This document shows positions 1 through 16,322 of a stretch of 64,000 nt of DNA, in pieces. The number at the start of each line of letters is the position of its first letter. The stretch's first letter is position 1. Source of the stretch: Octopus sinensis (lineage: Eukaryota); the NCBI RefSeq assembly GCF_006345805.1, contig NC_043005.1, positions 77,624,001 through 77,688,000 of the forward strand, read 5' to 3'. Below the pieces are notes generated by a model. It saw only the letters and a list, made by a program, of their open reading frames with translations, did not search any database and was not told the origin of the DNA. The position numbers and the translations under genes are program-made.

Positions 1-395
1 TATGTATTTATGTATGTATGTATGTATGTATGTTTGTATTATGTATGTATGTATGTATGTATGTATGTATGTATGTATGTACGTACGTATGTATGTACCT
101 ATGTATGTATGTATGTATGTATGTATGTATGGATGGATGGATGGATGGATGGATGTACGTACGTATGTATGTATGTATGTACGTATGTATGTATGTATGT
201 ATGTATTATGTATGTATGTATATTTGTATGTATGTATGTATGTATGTATGTATGTATGTTTGTATTATGTATGTATGTATGTATGTATGTATGTATGTTT
301 GTATGTATGTATGTATGTATGTATGTATGTATGTATGTATGTATGTACGTATGTATGTATGTATGTTTGTATGTATGTATGTATGTATGTATGTA
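1..395. repeat. (TATG)n microsatellite with a short (TGGA)n block
   Basis: Direct reading; explains the MYVC-type ORFs. Confidence 0.97.
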
Positions 396-440
396 TTTTT
401 GCATGTATTTGTGTATATGTGCAATATATGAAGTCAGAAG

Positions 441-657
441 GGCGGCGAGCTGGCAGAAACGTTAGCACGCCGGGCGAAATGCTTAGCGGTATTTCGTCTG
501 CCGTTACATTCTGAGTTCAAATTCCGCTGAGGTCGACTTTGCCTTTCATCCTTTCGGGGTAGATAAATTAAGTACCAATTACGCACTGGGGCCGATGTAA
601 TCGACTTAATCCCTTTGTCTGTCCTTTCTCGTCCCCTCTGAGTTTAGCCCCCTGTTG
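441..657 (+). mobile_element. tRNA-derived SINE, family A
   Basis: A-box-like (gagctggcagaa) and B-box-like (gagttcaaattc) head; body gcctttcatcctttcggggt..taagtacc; near-identical copies elsewhere in the window. Confidence 0.85.
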
Positions 658-923
658 GAGTCACAGCATGTGAAGATTTCTTTGTTTTGTATTATGTATA
701 TATTCTCAGTCATATACTTGCACATCTAAATGTGCCCATATATACTTAAACGATAAACATCTGGAATGTTTTGCAGATTTTTACAGTTCCAGTGATGGCT
801 CGGATCTGTAAGTCTTCGAATTTTTTCCTATCTGGTTTTGAGAAGCCTAATTTCTGTCTATGCATGTATATAGTGTATCTAGATATAAGCAAAAAGTGTG
901 TGTGTGTCATTATATTGATTGAC

Positions 924-958
<35 letters not shown>

Positions 959-979
959 CAGATAGACAGACAGACAGAC

Positions 980-1054
<75 letters not shown>
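924..1054. repeat. (GATA)n/(GACA)n microsatellite
   Basis: Direct reading. Confidence 0.95.
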
Positions 1055-1055
<1 letters not shown>

Positions 1056-1424
1056 TACTCGGTCGGTTACGACGACGAGGGTTCCAGTTGATCCGATCAA
1101 CGGAACAGCCATCTCGTGAAATTAACGTGCAAGTGGCTGAGCACTCCACAGACACGTGTACCCTTAACGTAGTTCTCGAGAAGATTCAGCGTGACACAGA
1201 GTGTGACAAGACTGGCCCTATGAGATACATGTACAACAAAAACAGGAAGAAAGAATGAAAGAAAGTCGTGGTGAAAGAATACAGCAGAGTTCTCCACCAT
1301 CCCCTACCGGAGCCTCATGGAGCTTTAGGAGTTTTCGCTCACAACGCCCGGTCTGGGAATCGAAACCGCGATCCTACGACAGCGACTCCGTTGTGCTAGC
1401 CACTGGGCCATTGTGCGCCTCCAC
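1056..1424 (-). mobile_element. tRNA-derived SINE, family B
   Basis: Minus strand reads gtggaggcgcacaatggcccagtgg...ggtttcgattccc (A/B boxes); homologous to 29013-29400 and 31015-31404. Confidence 0.85.
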
Positions 1425-2488
1425 ATATATACATATATACGTGTATATATGTGTGTGTGTGTGTGTTTGTGTGTGTGTGTATATGTATGTGTGTGTATAT
1501 ATCTGTGTATACATATAAATGTATACACATGTATGTATACACACACACACACACACACACCACAATAGATTTATCTTAAAATTGTTGGGTTAAGCGGTAC
1601 GCTAATTTTATATAGTTAAACAGCATTTGTTTGTTTGCAAATGTTCACAAACTAAAGGTTTGAACAAGACAATAACTTACCGAGAAAAAAGTAATAATTC
1701 TCAATCACATCATCCATTAAAAGTAACGATTGACTAAACACGTGTTTAAGCAGTAGTGTTGCTCATTTGAATGTGTTTTGGGATGTCAGTGATAACTCAT
1801 AGAATCGTGAAATATAAGTTCTTGTGTAATAACGGGTAATGCTAACGTGAACTTTTGCCAAAATAAAAAGAATGAAAATCGATATACGTGATCGATAATT
1901 CGGTGGAATTGAGATACGGCAATTTGATATCTCGTTCAGAATCAACGTGTCTTGTTTTAAGACAAGCTAAAATGAGAATAGAAAAGATCTGTCAGCTGAT
2001 TTATTGTTCTAGTCGGATTCTGTAGAACTGTGAGACGCGACAGCTTTGGGTTTCGTTTATATAGAAAATTTATAACTGTGAGTTGCAGCTTGCAAATTTA
2101 TCTTATGAGCTGGTGAAAGACGACAAACAGCCAAAGATTATGCTTCAACAAAGAGAATAAATTTTAGTAACTTCATATAATGGTTTCAAATTTTGGCACA
2201 AGACCAGCAATGCTTAAGGGAAAGGGGGTAAATCGCTACGTCAACTCCAGTGCCTAATATAATCCTATTTTGTTGAACATAACCATATTATGTCCTTATC
2301 TTCTTTGCCTCCTCCTCTTTACATTTTGAAATTAAAAGCTACCGAATATTTTCCTACCACTGCCACTACAACAGCTACTACCACCTGATCTACTGCCATC
2401 AATAATACTACTTTTTCTACACCAACCACTACTATTATCACCACAACTACTACTGCTGCTGTTGCAACTACTACTACTACTACTACTA

Positions 2489-5890
<3,402 letters not shown>

Positions 5891-6709
5891 ATAAAAAGGA
5901 AGAATAGAAAAAGAGAAAGGGAAAGAGAGAGATGTAGGAGGAATAAACATGACTACATGTTTCCAGAGCTACATGTTAACTAAAAAAGAAACAGCATCTA
6001 CAGGTGGCCGGCTTATTGTTTAACCTTTGACCGGCACTCTTCAGGCAGGTCTGTAATCAAAGCGTTCCACTCACGACCATCCCATCTAATTTTCAAATTA
6101 TATATTCAACACTGCATTTTCCAGTATACCCTTTTATACCTTTCTTTCTTTCTTTGCTTCCTTTTTTTTATTATTAGTGTGTTTTGAGATGGACACTGGC
6201 TGCTATTTCTAGCATATCGAGAAATCTGTATGGGCAGCCCTTTTTACACTTCCAAGGCCCCCTTTTTTATTAAAATTTATTTCCCAACAGACATAAATCT
6301 GCTCAATCATTTCAGTGCGGTCATGCTGGAGGACTGACATTTAGTCGAAGAAATCGACCCTCCACCCCCAAAGACTTATTCCTTGTAAGCCTGGTACTTA
6401 CTCTATCCGTCTCTTTTGCCGAAAGGCTGGATTACGGGGACGTAAACACACCAACATCGGTTGTCAAGCGATGGTGGCAGTGGTCCTGAAGACAAACACA
6501 ATGACATGCGCGCACACACACACACATACGCATACACGCATACATATATATAAATATATATATTCACAAACACACATATATATGCACATATATATATATA
6601 CATGCATATATACATATCACACACACACACATATATATATATACATACATACATACACACACATACACACACACACACACATACAAAGACACACACACAC
6701 TCACACACA

Positions 6710-6764
<55 letters not shown>

Positions 6765-6866
6765 TATATTTATATAAATAAGGATAAGAATGGGATAAAA
6801 ACCTTCAAAGTTAATAATTAGGATTAAAATTATAATTCAGGGTATCTAGAGGTACCACCAAGCTAG

Positions 6867-6936
6867 AAATAGCAGCCAAATCTTGACTCTAAAACCACAT
6901 TAATGTGGTTTTAGAGTCAAGATTCCGCTGCTATTT
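6867..6936. repeat. Perfect 46-bp palindrome (6879-6924) with imperfect extension
   Basis: aatcttgactctaaaaccacatt is followed immediately by its reverse complement; flanks aaatagcagc/gctgctattt also pair. Confidence 0.9.
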
Positions 6937-6954
6937 ATATATATATACATATAA

Positions 6955-6988
<34 letters not shown>

Positions 6989-7242
6989 TGTGTGTGTGTG
7001 TATAACGGGCTTCTTTCAGTTTCCGTCCGCCAAATCCACCCGCAAGGCTTTGGTCGGCTAGAGGTTATAGTAGAAGATATTTGTCCAAGGTGCCACGCAA
7101 TGGGACTGAAACCGGTACCGTGCGATAGGGAACCACCCTTCCTTTTTTTTGTAAGGTCCTGTCTACTCTGTTGTAGACCAATTATACTGGCTAACAACAA
7201 ACTCGTTTTCCCAGTTTCACCTTTCAGTTCAATATACAGTGT

Positions 7243-7280
<38 letters not shown>

Positions 7281-7578
7281 TGTGTGTGTGTGTGCGTGTG
7301 TGTGTGTGCATGTGTGTGTGTGTGTGTGTCAAAAACAAAAGATAGACAGATGAAGGAACAGCAAACAAGATGTATTAGTTTGATACTCAGGAAATATATA
7401 TAGTCACACACACACACACACACATCACACACATATACCACACATACATACTGTATATACAATGTGTACATATTCTAACATATATTATATGTATACACAT
7501 ATAAATATACATATAACAGAACATATATACTTATATACATATATATATATATATTATATATACTACATATATATACAT

Positions 7579-7620
<42 letters not shown>

Positions 7621-7638
7621 TATATACATGTATATACA

Positions 7639-7671
<33 letters not shown>

Positions 7672-7714
7672 ACATATATATACATATAATTATATAATAT
7701 ATATATATATATAT

Positions 7715-7748
<34 letters not shown>

Positions 7749-7781
7749 ATAGTATATATATAGACATATATACATATATAT

Positions 7782-7821
<40 letters not shown>

Positions 7822-7865
7822 GAAAAACCAAGTCAAAAGAAAAATGCTAAGATAATTTTATAGTG

Positions 7866-7918
7866 AATCTTTCAGTACCGGTTTCGGTCATTTTGAGACC
7901 TTTTCAACTGTAACGATT
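7866..7918 (-). ncRNA. Minimal type-I hammerhead ribozyme motif (Penelope-type), U3-A8 variant
   Basis: Minus strand: aatcgttacag-TTGAAAA-ggtc(tcaaaat)gacc-GAAA-c-cg-GTA-ctgaaagatt; stems I and II pair; palindromic ACCGGT at stem III. Confidence 0.65.
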
Positions 7919-8223
7919 AAATAATTAAATTTAGAAAAATATATATATATATACACACACATAAAGGAAATTGCTTCTAGCCACCTTTATTATATAAATA
8001 CATATACATATTACATATGTATATAAGTGTGTGCGTGTTTGTGTGTGTGTGTGTACATACATATCTAACTCACTATACACACACATATTGATAAAGGCTG
8101 TAGTGCTAGCATGTGTGATGCTACGCACTTAATTATTTACATATATTTGTGTGTGTATATATATATATATATATAATAATATATTTAAATACACAAACAC
8201 ATATATATATACACACACACACA

Positions 8224-8256
<33 letters not shown>

Positions 8257-8317
8257 CACACACACACACACATATATATATTAATATATATATATATATA
8301 TTATATATATATATCAT

Positions 8318-8350
<33 letters not shown>

Positions 8351-9013
8351 GAAACTGAACGATAATTCAATTTATTTTGCAGCCTTTTAAAATTTTTATC
8401 ACAACCCACAGACCCACTACGACTCTCCTTTTGAGGATCTCCAAGGATGTGCCGACCACCACCACTTCCCAATCCCGACTCCCATCCCCACCCTACCCCG
8501 GCTGGCAACCACCCTCATGAAAATTCCTTCATTGGCTGAGTGGATAGCGTGGGTGGCACAGTTCAGAGCGAACGTCTGACATTTCGTGTCTCGTCACTGG
8601 CACCACGCATTACTGTATCCATGGTAACAGAAGATACTTAGCAACTAGCCGAGACTGTCTGGCTAGTTGTAAATTACATAGCTATCATGTGTAAAATATA
8701 GCTCAGGCAACCTCTACGTGGTGATGACATGTTCTAGAAATAGCAGTTAAATCTCCCTGATATTATTCTCTGCCGTCGCAAAAAGGAAATATAAAGGACA
8801 CATTATACCATGTGACCCCGAATGCAGTATCTCTGGGAAAAGAGGGTGTCGTAATGCATGGAAGGGGTTGGGATACCTTTCACCGTAGTCGGCTTCATTA
8901 GGGTACTGACCTAGAGCCGGGGGCCAAACGAACCTCTGTTGTCTTAATAGATGTTCCGAGAGCTGGGACGTAAAGTATAGAAAATGGGGGGGTTGCGCCC
9001 ATGTCCTTTACAG

Positions 9014-9322
9014 CAGGCATGTAAAACTGCAGAGTGTTTATGGCCCTCATTATTTACATACATATTGTTATGAGGGCCACATATTTCTAAACACACATTT
9101 AAACACACATATGATTTCCATCATATCAATTCTTTATATTAATTAAAAACCTTTTCAAACCAGTTATTTGCGAACCAACAATCCTATCTTTAATTACATT
9201 TATTATTAATAATTTTTATCATTAATAATTTTTGGGGTTCTCTATTTTTAAACCTCAAGCTACGACACTTCTGTTTGAAAAGGGGCGCAGGCGGTCTGCA
9301 GGACACGTGTTTGATATGCCTG
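9014..9322. mobile_element. hAT-like MITE
   Basis: TIRs caggcatgtaaaac / gtttgatatgcctg; 8-bp TSD ctttacag/cttcagag (6/8). Confidence 0.6.
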
Positions 9323-9343
9323 CTTCAGAGGCCCTTCTATACA

Positions 9344-9575
9344 TATTTCTTTACTACCCACAAGGGGCTAAACACAGAGAGGACAAAGAGGGACAGACAA
9401 GCGGATTAAGTCGATTATATCGACCCCAGTGCGTAACTGGTACTTATTTAATCGACCCTGAAAGGATGAAAGGCAAAGTCGACCTCGGTGGAATTTGAAC
9501 TCAGAACGTAACAGCAGACGAAATACCGCTAAGCATTTTGTACGGCGTACTAACGATTGTACCAGCACGCCGCCG
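9344..9575 (-). mobile_element. SINE family A
   Basis: Reverse-complement homolog of 441-657. Confidence 0.85.
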
Positions 9576-9816
9576 TCTTATAGGCCAGATATATTGGTTT
9601 CAAATTTTGACACAATGCCAGTAGTTTTGGGGGCAGTGGGGTGAATTACACCGATCCAAGCTAGATGTGGGTGGGACGGGATCTTTTGCTTTAGTTGAAG
9701 ACACATGTCCTCCAGAAAAAATCTTCCGTTTTGTTGAGGTCTAACATTTATAACACCCGTGTAGGTTTTAGTTGCGTGCTGTTTATATCTAGGTGTGTAA
9801 GTACGCACGCGCGTGT

Positions 9817-9873
<57 letters not shown>

Positions 9874-10149
9874 GCGTGAGTGGGTCTTGCGTGCGTGTGT
9901 GCGATGTATGCATGTATGTTATTATTTAGTTTTATTTCAAGATTTCTTGCCAATAGAGAAAGAGCCAGTTTCGAACCGAGATCCAAGGCTTCTTCATTGA
10001 AATTTCAACAACATCAACAGAGTAGTTGTGCATGTCTGTGTGTATATGTGCAGTATTTAGAGCCACTGCATGTGCAGTTGTGTGCGTTTTGTTTCATGTA
10101 TGCATTCTAATGTATTCCAATACATATAGTTGTAAGTCTAAATATGCGC

Positions 10150-11547
10150 ATGTCTATGTAAGTATGTATGTATGTATGTATGCATGTATGTATTATGTAC
10201 GTATGTGTGTATGCATGTATGTATGTATGTATGTATGTATGTATGTATGTATGTATGTATGTATGTATGTGTGTGTGTATGTATGTATATATGTATGCAT
10301 GTATGTGTGTATGCATGTATGTATGTATGTGTCTGTGTATGTATGTATGTATGTATGTATGTATGTATGTGTATGTATGTATGTATGTATGTGTGTATGT
10401 ATGTATGCATGTATGTAAGTATGTATGTATGTATGTATGTATGTATGTATGTTTGTATGTATGTATGTATGTATGTATGTGTGTTTATGTATGTATGTAT
10501 GCATGTATTGTGTGTGTATGTATGTATGTATGTATGTATATATGTATGTTTGTATGTCTGCATGCATTATGATTATGTATGTGTGTGTGTATGTATGTAT
10601 GTATGTATGTATGCATATGTATGTTGGTTTGTGGTGTATGTATGTATGTATATATGTATGCATGTATGTGTTATATGCATGTATGTATGTGTTGTGTATG
10701 TATGTATTTCATGGTATGTATGTATGTATGTAGTAAGTGTTAATATGTGTGTGTGTATGTATGTTGTGTGTGTATGTATGTATGTATGCATGTATGTATG
10801 TATTGTATGTATATATGTATGCATGTTTATGTATGTATGTATGTGTGTGTATGTATGTATGTATGTATTATGTATGTATGTATGTATGTGTGTGTATGTA
10901 TGTATGTATGTATATATGTATGCATGTATGTATGTATGTATGTATGTATGTATGTATGTATGTATGTATGTGTGTGTGTATGTATGTATGTATGTATGTA
11001 TGTATATATGTATGCATGTATGTATGTATGTATGTATGTATGTCTGCATGCATGTATGTATGTATGTGTGTGTGTATGTATGTATGTATGTATGCATGTA
11101 TGTATGTATATATGTATGCATGCATGTATGCATGCTTGTATGTATGTATGTATGTATATATGTATGTATGTATGCATGCATGTGTGTGTGTATGTATGTA
11201 TGTATGTATGTATGCATGCATGTATGTGTATGTATGTATGTATATACGTATGCATGTATGTATGTATGTATGTAATTATGTATGTATGTATGTAAGTATG
11301 TATGTATGTAAGTATGTACGTATGTATGTATGTATGTCTGCATGCATGCATGTATGTATGTGTGTGTGTATGTATGTATGTAAGTATGTATGTATGTATG
11401 TATGTGTCTGTGTGTATGTATGTATGTATGCATGCATGCATGCATGCATGTATGTATGTATGTATGTATGTATGTATGTATGTATGTATGTATGTATGTA
11501 TGAATGTATGTATCTGTGTATGTGTGTGTGTGTGTATGTATGTATGT
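10150..11547. repeat. Degenerate (TATG)n/(TG)n microsatellite, ~1.4 kb
   Basis: Direct reading. Confidence 0.97.
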
Positions 11548-12367
11548 TCTTCTCATTCTCGTTTTAATTTTAGAAGAAATTTTGACCGGTCACCAACTTG
11601 GTAACAAAGTTGTGAAGGAAAGTATTTTATTTTCCCCATCATCTTTTTAATCCCAAGAATGTCTTGCAGATTGCCATAGTCCCGAACATCGTGATCAGTT
11701 GTAGCATATGAATTACGGATTTACATTTTTTTCCCTAAGATCCCGAGTTCAACCACACCTTGTCCCAGACGAGTGGGTATAAATGTGTGTGCGCATGCGC
11801 GGGTAAGTTTTCGACACTCCACTCGACTCGGCTATCTCCGCTCTTATGTAGATCATACTGACTATTTCGTGTAGTACAGCTGCCCCTTCGTATAGTACAA
11901 CTTCAGTCCATTGACTATACCAGACAGTAAATCAGAGATATTGTTGTTTATGTTGTCGACAGTTGATTTTACCCCCTGATTAAAGAAAAATTATGATCAA
12001 AAGCTATGCATTAATAAGTTCCCCATCTCTTCTCAGCGTCCACTCAAACTTAAATGCATCCAGATCTAGCTTATTCAATGAATAATATAAAACTTTTCGA
12101 ATGTGGCGTAAAGTTTTCATAATATTAAAAACAAAAATAATCGTTTGAACAAATACAACAGTAAAAACAAGAATACTTTTAAAAGTCCTTGTTTTGTTGA
12201 TTAAAACAAGCTAAGTCTCTTGAACTCTTCAGTTCAAGTGACTACAGGAAATATGCATCCGGAAAAAAAACGAATTTTATTTAAAGATAAGCCAAAACGG
12301 ATATTTACTAAAGGGAGATGACTCTAAATAGAGGTGTTTCCCTTGAATCGTTTGTTGCTACGCTTAA

Positions 12368-13204
12368 CCCATAAAGCGTTGGGATTTGCATTTACCGTAA
12401 ATCCTCGAGTATAATCCGCATTTTTTTCCCAAAATTTAAAGGTCAAAATCCCTAGTGCGTACTATATACGAGGTTAAAAATGAAAAATATTTTCTAAGCA
12501 ATGTCTGAGTCTCTATTTGCTGTCTGGCTATGTTTATTCAGACGCATTTTGTGATGTCAGGCGCAAAAATACCTTAAGCTAAGCCTGAAAGCAATGAAGT
12601 CATAAAAGAATCATCCATAACTTGCAATAAGCAACATTTATTAAACGTTATTACTGTTATTTCTTTATTTTCTGCAAACAAAATGCACAAAAAAGCTACA
12701 CGTTTGCATTATGGTATATATACAATAATAATAAAGGACGTTACCGTATATATTTTTACAAACCAAGGACGTTATATAGACCTCCTTGACTCAAGTTAGA
12801 GAAGGGGTGCGTATTATACACAAGGTTTAGGTTTTTCAGAGGTACAGCCCCCTAAAAATCCCCTGCATATTATACTCAAGGGCGGACTATACTCGAAGAT
12901 TTACGGTATATAGCATGGACTGTTGAGCACGTTTTATGAAAATGAGATAACCATGCACACATAAAAGACAAAAGAATAGTTAAAATATCTTCTTAGTAGT
13001 ATATAATGGCGGCAAGTCTTACATCATCTGAAATGTCATTAGTTGAACCATTAGTCCTCTTGCATTCTGGAGTGTATCGCAGCGTTTGAGTGACATTAGA
13101 CCCCCAACAAAGGCCCATAAATTAAATGCATCTATCTGGGCCACGATCGTGGCGTGTTGACCTGCGTCTGATGACCACGATCGTGGCCCGTTGCGCTTTA
13201 TGTG
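12368..13204. mobile_element. TTAA-flanked piggyBac-like non-autonomous element carrying a nested MITE
   Basis: TTAA|cccataaagcg ... cgctttatgtg|TTAA (11-bp TIR, 1 mismatch); two subterminal ccacgatcgtgg palindromes. Confidence 0.55.
12395..12906. mobile_element. Tc1/mariner-superfamily (Tc2-like) MITE
   Basis: 25-bp TIRs ccgtaaatcctcgagtataatccgc / gcggactatactcgaagatttacgg (2 mismatches); TA TSD on both sides. Confidence 0.85.
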
Positions 13205-13863
13205 TTAAATGACGCAATAGATATCAGAGCTTTTTACTTTTGATAGACTAGTATTAGTTGTGTCTCTAAGCAGAAGCTAAAGATGCAACAGCTTAAGGAG
13301 TCTCAGTCAGTAGCATCCTCTAAAGAAATGTGTCTTTTATCTTTCACTTGTTTCGGTCATTAGACTTGCGGCCATACTGGAGCACCGCCTTCAAGAACTT
13401 TTAGTCGAATAAATAGGCCACGTACTTATTTTCTTCACCCTCGATTACTTTTGCCAAACCGCGAATGTAAGAGACATAGTCATGCCAACACCGAATGTCA
13501 AGCGGTGGAGGGTGGGGGCACACACAAACAAACACACACACACACACACATATATATATACATACACTAGCGTAGCTAGAGTGTGTGCCGCCTGGGGCGG
13601 CCCTTCCGTTTGCCGTCCATCAGACCCCACAAAAACATACCGTCCACCTCCCCTACCACCACCACCACTAGCTATGCTTGTATATATTTTTTCTTTCTTT
13701 TCTTTTTCCTTTTTTGTTTACTTGTTTCAGTCATTTGACTGCGGCCATGCTGGAGCACCGCCTTTAGTCGAGCAAATCGGCCCCAGAGATTCTTTGTAAG
13801 CTTAGTGCTTATCTTATCGGTCTCTTTTGTCGAACCGCTAAGTGGCGAGGATGTAAACAAAAT

Positions 13864-14122
13864 GGTCAATAAATACTTGCCATTACATTTTTAATCAACC
13901 AAATATGAACCATTTTGTTGCACAATGCATCTCCATCTTTCCTTTAACTTGAAAATACCCTCTTCCCAGAATTGAGGTGGTTTCGTGGCAAAGAATTCAT
14001 CAAGGTATCTTTTTACATCATCCAAGGAATTGAAATTTTTACCATTAAGACTATTCTGCAGAGACCTGAATAAGTGGAAATCCGAAGGGGCAATATCTGG
14101 TGAATATGGAGGGTGGGGTAAT
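13864..14122 (-). mobile_element. mariner transposase 3' fragment
   Basis: Translation LPHPPYSPDIAPSDFHLFRSLQNSL...WEEGIFKLKERW (YSPDLAP motif); near-identical to the corresponding part of 32824-33321. Confidence 0.9.
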
Positions 14123-14130
14123 ATATATAT

Positions 14131-14164
<34 letters not shown>

Positions 14165-14165
14165 A

Positions 14166-14216
<51 letters not shown>

Positions 14217-14229
14217 TGTGTGTGTATGT

Positions 14230-14430
14230 ATATGTTTGTGTGTCTGTGTTTGTCCCCCCAACATCGTTTGACAACCGATGCTGGTGTGTTTACATCCCCG
14301 TAACTTAGCAGTTCAGCAAAAGCAATCGATAGAATAAGTACTAGGCTTACAAACAATAAGGGGTCGATTTGCTCAACTAAAGTCCGAGCTCCAGTACGGC
14401 TGCAGTCAACTGACTGACACAAGTAACAGA
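14230..14430 (+). mobile_element. SINE family C, 3' part
   Basis: Homologous to the 3' half of 60661-61027. Confidence 0.75.
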
Positions 14431-15907
14431 AAAATTAATATGGACTTATAACATTTATAATTATAACGTAATATGGACATTTTAATACTTTTTAACTTAT
14501 GCATCACTGGTGTCTCCCACAGCACAGAATGAATATTATATTTGTTCAGTACTGCAGGAGTCACTGGTGGTACCATTGCTTTAAGTCAACGTAGTTGTTT
14601 ATTCAGTGAATTAGAAGATATATATGGTCAAACAATTATAAACACATAATTTGTGACTAAATTAGACTACTGGTGCAAAAGAAAATACATGCGAAATGGG
14701 CTTGGCAAGCAAAGTGCTAATGAAGAGAAAATTAGAACATCTATCACATTAAAAATTTAAAATCCTACATAGTTTATAACAAAACTAGCACTTTGACCCA
14801 GCATTGCCGGATCTAGTGCTAGTGCTTGTTGTTCATTGCCAGGTAGCAGTAAAAATTTCTCACTAAATCAAGAGCTAAGTTTCTTATCACATTTCAGCCC
14901 GGGCCAGTTTTGTTGTTTATGAGCTAGCTGGAGCTTTTTATGAGAGTAATTAATATTCATTGGACTTCGGTTTTCCCACATGGAACAGAATAATCATGGA
15001 AAATTAGCAGGACTGTGCACATTCCATTAGTCGGACAAAAAAGGAGGCAGAAGAAAGTGAAAAATTCGAATTTGGCCGCAAAATAACTTGCTTAACACAC
15101 AACACAGTTATCTTGAGTTGAATGATTTGACAAAGATCAGAAGACCAGTTTAGTTCTCCTACATCTTATTTATTCAGCTGTGTGTGTCTTTAATTCTATA
15201 AAAGGTCATAAATTAATAGTTACACCATTGAGACTCTATATATGTAATTTTAATACTTTCATATAAATATAACTAATTACAGGCTGTTACATAAGAATGA
15301 AGCTATTTCGATTTTACACCAGGTCATTACAAAACTGTCAAGCTTGCATGACAATACATCAAGTCTTGACTTTAAAGTTATACACGGTTTGACTGTCCTG
15401 GAATTTTTATAATACACTCAAGGCAGAATAAACAGGATGGAAATGGGTGGTAAGAAGTTTGGTTCCCAACCACATGGTTCCAGGTTCAGTCCCACTGTAT
15501 AACACCTTGGGAAAATATTTTCTACTATGGCCTTGAGCTGATTAAATCATTGCGAGTGAACTTGATTGAGGGAAACTGAAAGAAGCTCATTGAATGTTTG
15601 TGTGTGTGTTTCTGTCTGTCTGCGTTTATCCTCCACCACTTCTTGACAACCAGTGTTGGTGTGTTTACATCCCTGTAACTTAGTAGTTTGACAAAAGATA
15701 CCAACAGAATAAGTACCAGGCTTAAAATAAAAAAATAGTACTGGGGTCAATTCATTAGTACCCCAGTACTATTCTTCAAAGCAATGCCCCAGCATGGCAG
15801 CAGTCTAATGACTGAAACAAATAAAAGAATGACAGAATAACAGAATATAAACATGATTCATTTCAGGTCATTTTGATTTTACATGAAGTCATTACAAAAT
15901 TGTCAAA

Positions 15908-16322
15908 CCTATTTCTTTATTACCCACAAGGAGCTAAACACAGAAGGGACAAACAAGGACAGACAAACGGATTAAGTCGATTATATTGACCCCAGTGCGT
16001 AACTGGTACTTATTTAATCGACCCCGAAAGGATGAAAGGCAAAGTCGACCTCGGCGGAATTTGAACTTAGAACCTAGCAGCAAGCGAAATACCTATTTCT
16101 TTATTACCCACAAGGGGCTAAACACAGCGGGGACAAACAAGGACAGACATAGGTATTAAGTCGATTACATCGACCCCAGTGCATAACTGGTACTTAATTT
16201 ATCGACCCCGAAAGGATGAAAGGCAAAGTCGACCGGCGGAATTTGAACTCAGAACGTAGCGCCAGACGAAATACCGCTAAGCATTTTGCCCGGCATGCTA
16301 ACGTTTCTGCCAGCTCATCGCC
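15908..16322 (-). mobile_element. SINE family A head-to-tail partial dimer
   Basis: Two tandem SINE bodies flanked by a single 16-bp TSD ttacaaaattgt(c/t)aaa (15892-15907, 16323-16338). Confidence 0.85.

Noticed and set aside
2-514. MYVC, HTYI and YIYI-type ORFs here and at 10026-11604, 7475-8390, 40052-40648, 48790-49237 and elsewhere
   Set aside because: Translations of tetra- and dinucleotide microsatellites that lack stop codons; no protein features
441-530. SINE heads as tRNA genes
   Set aside because: A and B boxes are present but there is no full cloverleaf; they are followed by SINE bodies and TSDs
9950-10005. Hammerhead-like motif on the minus strand (atgaaga-agcc..ggttc-gaaa); similar weak case near 29630-29675
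   Set aside because: Core positions 3 and 8 do not pair or GAAA is mutated, and stem I is poor; too degenerate to call
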